From Phycisphaerales bacterium (GTDB lineage Bacteria > Planctomycetota > Phycisphaerae > Phycisphaerales > UBA1924), in contig JAESRA010000069.1 of the NCBI GenBank assembly GCA_016764895.1, positions 1,045-65,044 of the forward strand: DNA of 64,000 nt, given 5' to 3'. Below are positions 36,592-44,301 of this stretch, piece after piece. Below the pieces are notes generated by a model, which was not told where the DNA came from, did no database searches, and saw only the letters and a program-made list of their open reading frames with translations. Position numbers and translations under genes: made by a program. Each line of letters begins with the position of its first letter. The first letter of the stretch is position 1.

Positions 36592-38697
36592 ATGCCACGA
36601 TTATCCCCACTTGTTTTCAATAGCGTTCGTTCACTTCTGGCCTGTACTTTGGCCTGTACCTTGATCGGAGCCTTCGCCAGCCACGCGCTCGGGCAAAGTT
36701 CGCCCACCACCCCGCCCGCCCAAATACCACCCGATCTCCCGGCCCCTACAAATCCAACGAATCCTAAAAAGCAGAAGGTTCAAATGACCTTCGGCCAGAT
36801 ATTCGCCTCAGTAGACACCGCCGAGCCCAACCGTCGCGCCGGGATCCGATCTACGCTCCTGGCCCAAGCCATGCATGTCGCCCCCGTCGTCATCATCGTC
36901 GAAACCCCCTCGGCCTACCTCGACGCCATCAGCCAGTGGGAAGGACCACTCAAGTTCCCAATCCTCTACGACGACGGCACAGACATAAGCCGAGAACACA
37001 TCGCACGCTTTGTGCGAGCCTTCGATCCCAAACAGGTCGTCCGAATCTCCGGCACCGGCACCAGTACATGGGGAAAGAACGCCCAGCAGCGACAAGACGC
37101 CATCAACAAAGCCCTGTCAGCCTCCTTCTTCCAAACAGAATCAGACTGGACAACCATCCTCAAAAAACTCACCGCCACCGGCGTCACCTCGCCCGGCGTA
37201 GTCGTGCTCGATCCAATGGATCATCACTGGGCAGCCGGATTAGCCATGGCCGCCGGTCGTCTCCAACCAATCATCTACCTCAAAGGCCCGCAAAATTCAC
37301 ACAAAGAACTCCAACCCTCCCAAGGGCAGGTCATCAACCAAGCCATCGAACAAGGCCTCCTCCGCCAAGGCCTGTCCTTTGATCAAATCGGCGATCAAAT
37401 CGACGCCATCACCCTCGCATTCCGCGCCCCGACACGAATCAAAACAGGGCCCCAGCCCCGCGACCGCCTAGCACTCACAGATCAGATCGGCCGAGCAGAC
37501 TCCACCATGGGCGGCATGCGCTGGGCATGGTGCGGACAGTTCTTCGGCTCCACTTCAGAAACGGTCTACCAAGCCATGTGCGCCCTGTTCTTACCCATCG
37601 AGAGTGCATTCATATGGGATGGCTACCCAAGCGACGGAGACTGGGCCCGCTATGACGGCACCAAAGCCGAAGCGGCCTTGTCGAAAGCCGGATTCAAAAC
37701 AGAACTCTTCGACGAGCCTCGAAACTCAATGGCGGGTTTTAGAGCACGCAGCGATTCAGGCCCCGTAGACGCATCACTGATCCTGATGAACACCAAAGGC
37801 ACGCCGTACTACTACGACCTCCCCCATTCACCAGATGGGCTCGGAAAACCGGGTGATCTACCAATGCTCGCGCGTCCCAGTGCCCTCCATCTTGTACATT
37901 CGTTTTCGCTCGCTTCTCCACACAGAAAGGACTCGGTGGGGGGGCGATGGCTCCAACGCGGCGTGTACCTCTACGCAGGATCAGTCGACGAACCGTTCCT
38001 CTCAGGATTCGTTCCCACACCACTTGTCGCAGGCAGACTCCTAGCCCAACTCCCCTTCGCCGCCGCAGTCCATTACGACGACGGGCAAGCCTGGAAAATC
38101 GCAGTCATCGGCGATCCACTCAAAACAATCAGCCCCTGCGGCTCGCGCCAAACCTCAATCCCCGACGCAATCAATACATTCATCAAAACCCAAGGCGGCG
38201 AATTACTCAGCACTCGCGCCAAAGACCACCTCAAAGCCGGCCAGTACACCAACGCCATCGAAGACTTTGTCCTCACCAACCGCGACGACGCCGTCGTCCG
38301 GCTCGCCAAAGCACTCATCAACGACAAGCCCGAAGCAATCGACGATCTCGGTGCCAAAATCATCATCCAGGCCGCGATGCGACAGAGCGAGCACGAACTC
38401 GTCCTCGACATCTTCGAGCGGCTCTCCATCGATGCCCAAGCCGATCTAGCGACCCGCGACGCGATGTGGTTCGCCGCCCGCTACCGCGTCTCTCGCTTCG
38501 GCGATGATCGAGCCATGGTTCTGATGCAAAAAAATCTCCGTGCTGGACAAGAAGTCCAAGACGCCGAGCAACTCGCCATGATCCTCAGGCGTAAATCCAT
38601 GTCCCGCGCGATCGGGTTCCTCGAATCGCTCCGCCCAACCCTCAAAGAGAACAAGCGCCCATCACTCGATAAAGCCATCAAGCGCGTCCGCAGATAA
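36592..38697 (+). CDS. secreted hypothetical protein (~700 aa)
   Basis: ATG 36592 gives the signal-like MPRLSPLVFNSVRSLLACTLACTLIGAFASHALGQ followed by a Pro/Thr-rich linker. Coding-like composition throughout. I recognise no family motif. Confidence 0.6.
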   Translation: MPRLSPLVFNSVRSLLACTLACTLIGAFASHALGQSSPTTPPAQIPPDLPAPTNPTNPKKQKVQMTFGQIFASVDTAEPNRRAGIRSTLLAQAMHVAPVVIIVETPSAYLDAISQWEGPLKFPILYDDGTDISREHIARFVRAFDPKQVVRISGTGTSTWGKNAQQRQDAINKALSASFFQTESDWTTILKKLTATGVTSPGVVVLDPMDHHWAAGLAMAAGRLQPIIYLKGPQNSHKELQPSQGQVINQAIEQGLLRQGLSFDQIGDQIDAITLAFRAPTRIKTGPQPRDRLALTDQIGRADSTMGGMRWAWCGQFFGSTSETVYQAMCALFLPIESAFIWDGYPSDGDWARYDGTKAEAALSKAGFKTELFDEPRNSMAGFRARSDSGPVDASLILMNTKGTPYYYDLPHSPDGLGKPGDLPMLARPSALHLVHSFSLASPHRKDSVGGRWLQRGVYLYAGSVDEPFLSGFVPTPLVAGRLLAQLPFAAAVHYDDGQAWKIAVIGDPLKTISPCGSRQTSIPDAINTFIKTQGGELLSTRAKDHLKAGQYTNAIEDFVLTNRDDAVVRLAKALINDKPEAIDDLGAKIIIQAAMRQSEHELVLDIFERLSIDAQADLATRDAMWFAARYRVSRFGDDRAMVLMQKNLRAGQEVQDAEQLAMILRRKSMSRAIGFLESLRPTLKENKRPSLDKAIKRVRR

Positions 38698-38734
38698 TCC
38701 GTCCCGCTCCTCATCGAGAACCCTACAATCGGCC

Positions 38735-39520
38735 ATGATTCAGCTCGGTGTCAATATCGATCATGTCGCCACGATCCGCAACGCCCGCTACCGCGGCCAG
38801 CCCGATCCCGCCATCAGCGGCGCCGAGCCCGATCCAATCCGGGCCGCCCACGAAGCCGAACTCGGCGGGGCCGATTCAATCACCATCCATCTCCGCGAAG
38901 ACCGCCGTCACATCATGGATCGCGATGCCCAACTCCTGCGTCAACTGGTCAATGTCCGCCTGAATCTGGAAATGGCCGCGACCGATGAAATGGTGACAAT
39001 CGCCTGCAATCTCCAGCCAAACACCTCAATGCTGGTCCCCGAAGGCCGATTAGAAGTCACCACCGAGGGCGGGCTTGATGTTCTTGGGCAACGAGAACAA
39101 CTCAAAAAAGTAGTCGCCCGGCTCAAAGACAGAGGCCTTGTCGTCAGTGCTTTCATTGATCCAGACAACGCCCAAGTCCAAGCCGCCAAAGAAGTTGGGT
39201 TCGATGTTTGCGAAATCCATACCGGCCCATACGCCCAAGCCTTCCGCCAAACCGGAGGCGATCTCCACCACCAAAAATTACGAGATGCACTCGAGCAAGT
39301 CCAAACCGCCGGCGCCCTCATCAACCAACTCGGCATGCAGTTCAATGCAGGCCACGCGCTCAACTATCACAATGTTCACCACATCGCCACGCTCCCAAAC
39401 CTCAGCGAGTTGCACATCGGCCATTCAATCGTGGCCCGCGCCGTATTTGTCGGTTTGCGATCAGCAGTCGCCGACATGAAAGCACTCCTGAATCACGCCG
39501 ATTCTATGTCGAGTAGGTAA
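38735..39520 (+). CDS. pdxJ: pyridoxine 5'-phosphate synthase
   Basis: LGVNIDHVATIRNAR, ITIHLREDRRHI, LNLEMA, CEIHTG and ELHIGHSIVARAVFVGL. Confidence 0.95.
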   Translation: MIQLGVNIDHVATIRNARYRGQPDPAISGAEPDPIRAAHEAELGGADSITIHLREDRRHIMDRDAQLLRQLVNVRLNLEMAATDEMVTIACNLQPNTSMLVPEGRLEVTTEGGLDVLGQREQLKKVVARLKDRGLVVSAFIDPDNAQVQAAKEVGFDVCEIHTGPYAQAFRQTGGDLHHQKLRDALEQVQTAGALINQLGMQFNAGHALNYHNVHHIATLPNLSELHIGHSIVARAVFVGLRSAVADMKALLNHADSMSSR

Positions 39521-39589
39521 GTCCCCTGACATTCTAAAGTTCGCACACTTTGTGCTTTGTATTTTGGGATTGTCTGGTATGATCTCTCC

Positions 39590-41020
39590 ATGCCGCGCAG
39601 TGGAGACACAAACCAAGGTGAATCACGATCAAAAAATCGTGCCAAAGCAAACCCCGCTCCGGGTCTGTTTGTGAACTACCAAGCCGCTCTCGACTTCTTG
39701 AACTCAAGGGTCAACTTCGAGCAGATCCATTCCAAAAAAATCACTCAAGAGTCATTCAAACTCGACCGCATGCACGCCCTGGTCAAAGCTCTCGGCGACC
39801 CCCATCTCGCGGTCCCCGTCGTCCACATCGCCGGTTCCAAAGGCAAAGGCTCAACCTGCGCCATGCTCGAAAGCTGCTTGAGATCCAGCGGCTACACCAC
39901 AGGCCTCTTCACCAGCCCGCACCTCACCGATGAACGCCAACGCGTTCGAATCAACGGCTCAATGGTCGATAAAGACCTGTTCGGTATCGCCCTGAGCCAG
40001 TGCAAAGACGCCGCGGTATCCATTGCCAAAGAACACGGACAAGCCACCTATTTCGAGTTGTTGACCGCCATGGCATTCGTCGTTTTCGCCCAAGAAGCGG
40101 TCGATATCGTGATTCTCGAAACCGGGCTCGGCGGACGCCTCGACTGCACCAATGTCGCCAACCCCGTCGTCGTAGGGCTCACCAGTATCCATCTCGAACA
40201 CACCGATGTCCTTGGAAATACACTCGAAAAAATCGCCACAGAAAAAGCCGGCATCATGAAACCAAAAGCCACGGCCATCAGCGTTCCCCAGCCCGATCAA
40301 GTCATCGAAGTCTTCAGAACCAAATCCAAAGAAGTCGATTGTAATCTCGTCGTCCTCGGCCAAGACACCCTCTACTCCTGCCGATTCCAATCAGCAACAA
40401 CCCGCGGCCCACACCCAAAAGTCTGCGTCGGTCAAGGCGAAGATTGCTTCGAACACATGTCCGTCCCACTCCTCGGCGAGCATCAAGGCGCAAACTGCGG
40501 CCTAGCACTCGCCATCATCCTCGAACTCCGGAACCACGACTTCGACCTCCCCGAACAACAAATCATCGCCGGACTCCAACACACCCCCCGCCAAGGCCGG
40601 CTCGAAAAAATCAACGGCCGCCCGAAAGTCTACATCGACGGCGCCCACACCCCCGAAAGTATCAAAGAAACACTCAAAGCAGTGGCCCAGCAAGTATCCT
40701 TTGATTCGATGGTTGTCATCTTCGGATGCAGTTCTGATAAACAGTCCGGTGCAATGCTCAAAGAACTCAAGGCCCGCGCCGACAAAATCATCTTCACCAA
40801 AGCATCATCCAACCCTCGGGCCATGGATCCCATCAAACTCTCAAAGCAATACGCCGAGCGATTCGACCGATCATGCGAGTCCTACACCTCGCCAGCCCAA
40901 GCCATCAAAGCCGCCGGGATGTCACTGGGCTCAGACGACCTGCTCCTGATCTTGGGCAGTTTTTATCTCGCAGGCGAAGTCAAATCCCTGTTCGAAGCCA
41001 AAGCCGCCTCCCCCGCATAA
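39590..41020 (+). CDS. folC: bifunctional folylpolyglutamate synthase / dihydrofolate synthase
   Basis: ATG 39590. HIAGSKGKGSTCAML (Mur-ligase P-loop), FTSPHL, ETGLGGRLDCTN and VYIDGAHTPES. Confidence 0.9.
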   Translation: MPRSGDTNQGESRSKNRAKANPAPGLFVNYQAALDFLNSRVNFEQIHSKKITQESFKLDRMHALVKALGDPHLAVPVVHIAGSKGKGSTCAMLESCLRSSGYTTGLFTSPHLTDERQRVRINGSMVDKDLFGIALSQCKDAAVSIAKEHGQATYFELLTAMAFVVFAQEAVDIVILETGLGGRLDCTNVANPVVVGLTSIHLEHTDVLGNTLEKIATEKAGIMKPKATAISVPQPDQVIEVFRTKSKEVDCNLVVLGQDTLYSCRFQSATTRGPHPKVCVGQGEDCFEHMSVPLLGEHQGANCGLALAIILELRNHDFDLPEQQIIAGLQHTPRQGRLEKINGRPKVYIDGAHTPESIKETLKAVAQQVSFDSMVVIFGCSSDKQSGAMLKELKARADKIIFTKASSNPRAMDPIKLSKQYAERFDRSCESYTSPAQAIKAAGMSLGSDDLLLILGSFYLAGEVKSLFEAKAASPA

Positions 41021-41066
41021 GGCACACATCCCAGTTCGAACGCTTACAGACGCCGATTTCGCGCCA

Positions 41067-41094
41067 TTGTTCCAAAGCCGGTCTACATTATAAT
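41067..41094 (+). promoter_or_regulatory. candidate sigma70-type promoter for pepA (TTGTTC-N16-TATAAT)
   Basis: A perfect TATAAT at 41089-41094 with a weak -35 at 41067-41072, about 97 nt upstream of the pepA ATG. The promoter consensus for this lineage is not known to me. Confidence 0.25.
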
Positions 41095-41190
41095 GGACTG
41101 ATTCCTGATCAAAATCCGCTTTGAGCGTCATTCAGGCAACTTTCCGCTCTAGGTCTTGTATATTCATTCAGAAAAATAGGAGATTCTGAA

Positions 41191-42681
41191 ATGTTCGATC
41201 CAATCAAAGTCGGTTCACGCTCAAAAGCCAAAGCACTCGTCGTCGGCATGTTCAAAGGACAACCGCTCGACACCGAAACAAAAAACCTCGACACCGACGG
41301 CTCCATCGCCGCCGCATCCAAACGATCCGAAGCCACAGGAAAAGCAGGATCAATCGTCCAGGCATACCCAACCAAAGGCTACGACCGAGTCTTCATCCTC
41401 GGGCTCGGCGACAAAGCAACCTTCGATGTCTCCTCATTCCGCAACGCCGGAGGCTCCCTCGGACGCGCCCTGAGCGCAGCGGAAATCAACTCCGTCGAGT
41501 TCGCACTCAGCGGAGCAATGTCCAAACTCCCCAAAAAATCAAAGGTCACTCCCTTTGATGTCGGAGCCATGCTCGGCGAAGGCCTCGGACTCGTCTCCTG
41601 GTCCTACGACAGTCTCCGAGGCTCGGCAACAACCGTCACCAAAAAATCAACGCTAACACTTTCTGGCTCCCACGCCAAATTCGAAGACGGGCTCCGACGC
41701 GGGCTCGGCATGGCCGAAGGCTCAAACATCGCCCGCACCCTCTCACAAACCCCGCCAAACATCGCCACGCCCATGTGGATCGCCGGCGAGTGCAAAAAAA
41801 TAGCCCGCAAGTCCGGCATGAAATGCACCGTGTTCTCAGGCAAAAAACTCGAAGACGAAAAACTCGCCGGGCTCATCAATGTCGGCAAAGCAAGCGAAAA
41901 CAAGCCCTGCATGATCCGCATGGAATACACCCCAAAAATCGGCAAGTCCAAAGCCCCGATCGTCATCGTCGGAAAAACAATCTCCTACGACTCCGGCGGC
42001 CTCTCCATCAAAATCAGCGGCGGCATGGTCGGCATGAAACGAGACAAAGACGGCGGCTGCGGCGCCATCGGCGCCATGCACATCATCGCCAATGTCATCA
42101 AACCAAACCGCCCGGTCATTGCACTGCTCATGAGTGCCGAAAACTCAATCTCCGACGAGGCCTACCGCCCAGACGATGTCATCGAGTTCCGCAACGGTGT
42201 GACGGTCGAAATCACCAACACCGACGCCGAAGGCCGCCTCGTCATGGCCGACGGCCTCTGTTGGGCGTGTGAAAAAGAAAATCCAGAGTTCGTTGTCGAC
42301 ATCGCGACCTTAACGGGCGGCATCGTCGTCGCGCTGGGATCGTCATATGCCGGCTGCTGGTCCAACGACGACGCGCTCTTCGACAAATTCAACCAAGCAG
42401 GGCAATCCTCTGGCGAACGAGTCTGGCGCATGCCCCTCCACCCTGAGTACAAAGCATTGATGAAGTCCCCCATCGCCGACATCCTCAACAGCGCACCAAT
42501 CCGCGAGGCCCACCCAATCCAAGGCGCCGCATTCCTCGAACACTTCGTAGAAGAAGGCGTCAAATGGGCCCATGTCGACATCGCAGGAACCCACGCCACC
42601 AAAACCACCAAAGGCCCATTCAACCCCGGCCCAACCGGCTTCGGCGCCCGCCTGCTGGCTGAAGTCGTCGAACGGAGCTAG
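41191..42681 (+). CDS. pepA: leucyl aminopeptidase (M17)
   Basis: AGGAG SD-like motif. VGKTISYDSGGLSIK, MKRDKDGGCGAIGAM and NTDAEGRLVMADGL (M17 signature). Confidence 0.95.
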   Translation: MFDPIKVGSRSKAKALVVGMFKGQPLDTETKNLDTDGSIAAASKRSEATGKAGSIVQAYPTKGYDRVFILGLGDKATFDVSSFRNAGGSLGRALSAAEINSVEFALSGAMSKLPKKSKVTPFDVGAMLGEGLGLVSWSYDSLRGSATTVTKKSTLTLSGSHAKFEDGLRRGLGMAEGSNIARTLSQTPPNIATPMWIAGECKKIARKSGMKCTVFSGKKLEDEKLAGLINVGKASENKPCMIRMEYTPKIGKSKAPIVIVGKTISYDSGGLSIKISGGMVGMKRDKDGGCGAIGAMHIIANVIKPNRPVIALLMSAENSISDEAYRPDDVIEFRNGVTVEITNTDAEGRLVMADGLCWACEKENPEFVVDIATLTGGIVVALGSSYAGCWSNDDALFDKFNQAGQSSGERVWRMPLHPEYKALMKSPIADILNSAPIREAHPIQGAAFLEHFVEEGVKWAHVDIAGTHATKTTKGPFNPGPTGFGARLLAEVVERS

Positions 42682-42706
42682 GTCGTATCTGACGACTCAC
42701 CCTCTT

Positions 42707-42780
42707 CCGGTAGAACGGGCTTCCAGCCCGTTTCTTATACAATCGAAACATAAGAAAACGGGCTGGAAGCCCGTTCTACC
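42707..42780. repeat. inverted pair of a REP-like hairpin element (CCGGTAGAACGGGC-TTCCA-GCCCGTTTCTTAT), probable bidirectional terminator
   Basis: Arms at 42709-42738 and 42750-42780 are reverse complements apart from one extra A. Each arm carries its own AACGGGCT/AGCCCGTT hairpin followed by a T-rich tail. Lies between convergent pepA and the permease gene. Confidence 0.7.
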
Positions 42781-42823
42781 AAGAATGCCAGAGCCGTCAG
42801 ACACGGCCTAATCACTTCTCAAA

Positions 42824-44143
42824 TCAAGACCCACAGCACCCGCTCTTCGGAGCGGGTTTTTCTTGCGATGAACATCCGCAGGAAGAAGCCCCAGTTGACG
42901 AGCAGCACCCGCCGCCGGACTTGGTGCCGACCTTATGGGCACCGAGCCATTTGCGGGCCTTGATCCCAAGGGCCCACGCCATGAGCATCACAAAAATCAC
43001 GGCCGCGACATCTTTGAAACCAAACCCCGCCATCGAGTGCTCATGCTTGGACGCGGTGTCGGCCAGTCTCACCATATTGATAAAGAACGCATCAAAGATG
43101 ATCCCGGCACCAAGGGCAACACCCGCGATCACGCCGAGATAAATCACCAGCGCCTTGATGCCAAGGTCTTTAATCAACCAACTCATCGTCGCCACATTCG
43201 TCGCCGGACCCGACAACAACAGCACAAGCGCCGCACCCGGAGAGAGCCCCGCAACCACAAGCGAGAACGCCAAAGGCGTCGAACTCGTCGCGCAGATATA
43301 CAGCGGAATCCCCACAAGCAGCATCACCAACTTGGGCCACAAGCCAGAGCCAACATTCTCCTCGATCCATCCATGAGGCACCACCGATCCAATGATCGCC
43401 GCCATCACCAGCCCGATCGTCAGCCACATCGCCAGATCAACAAGCATCACCCCAAACCCATGACGGAACACCTCTTTAGTCGAGCCAGCAAACCCAAGCC
43501 CAGTCTTCTGAGGCGTCGACGAACAGCACGAACCACCCGCAGGCTCTTCCTTAGGTTTGGTCGACGAACAGCACGAACCCGCAGCAGGCTCAGCCTTCGA
43601 CGAGCAACATGACCCCGTCGCCTTCTTGCCGGTCTGAGCAACCACAGCACCAGCATCATCGGCGTTGGTAATCGACAACCCAATAGCGTTCGGATCCTCG
43701 AGAGAATCCGGCTGGGCCTTCGTTCCCGTTTCTGTCTCATTCCGATGCGTCAGATCAATCAACACCCCCGCAAGCAATCCCGTAAACACCGCGATCACAG
43801 GCCGAGCCAACGCAAAAACCGGCCCAAAGAGCCCCCAAGTCAGCGGAATCGACTCTTCGCCCGTCTGAGGCGTAGAGATCGCAAACGCAGCACTCGCCCC
43901 CTTGGTTGCCCCCTGTTCCCGCAGCCCCGCCGCCACCGGGATCACTGCACACGAACACAAAGGCAGCGGAATCCCCAAAAGGGACGCCTTGGCAATTGGG
44001 ATAATCCCCTTGCCGCCAAGGTGTTTCATCATCCACTCCCGAGGCACCACAACATGCATCACCCCAGCGAGTAAAAAGCCAAAGATCAGCCAAACGGACG
44101 ATTCAGTCAGAATCATCCACAGTTCAGTAAAGAAAGCTTCCAT
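42824..44143 (-). CDS. UPF0718/SO_0444-like permease (putative metal efflux) with Cys-rich loop and tail
   Basis: The N-terminus ...LLGIPLPLCSCAVIPVAAGLREQGATKGASAAFAISTPQTGEESI matches the permease family annotated as Cu/Zn efflux (SO_0444-like). The central loop has three GSCCSS repeats. The C-terminus is GGGCCSSTGASSCGCSS...SGCCGS. Confidence 0.75.
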   Translation of the reverse strand: MEAFFTELWMILTESSVWLIFGFLLAGVMHVVVPREWMMKHLGGKGIIPIAKASLLGIPLPLCSCAVIPVAAGLREQGATKGASAAFAISTPQTGEESIPLTWGLFGPVFALARPVIAVFTGLLAGVLIDLTHRNETETGTKAQPDSLEDPNAIGLSITNADDAGAVVAQTGKKATGSCCSSKAEPAAGSCCSSTKPKEEPAGGSCCSSTPQKTGLGFAGSTKEVFRHGFGVMLVDLAMWLTIGLVMAAIIGSVVPHGWIEENVGSGLWPKLVMLLVGIPLYICATSSTPLAFSLVVAGLSPGAALVLLLSGPATNVATMSWLIKDLGIKALVIYLGVIAGVALGAGIIFDAFFINMVRLADTASKHEHSMAGFGFKDVAAVIFVMLMAWALGIKARKWLGAHKVGTKSGGGCCSSTGASSCGCSSQEKPAPKSGCCGS

Positions 44144-44221
44144 AGTGTGGGAAGTATAGACAGATCGGTTTGATGCCAGTACTCGATGTGGGGGCTTGAT
44201 GAGTTGTAAACAAAAAACATG

Positions 44222-44265
<44 letters not shown>

Positions 44266-44301
44266 AAGTTTCGTGTATAGTCATTGAAACGGAGATTATT
44301 A

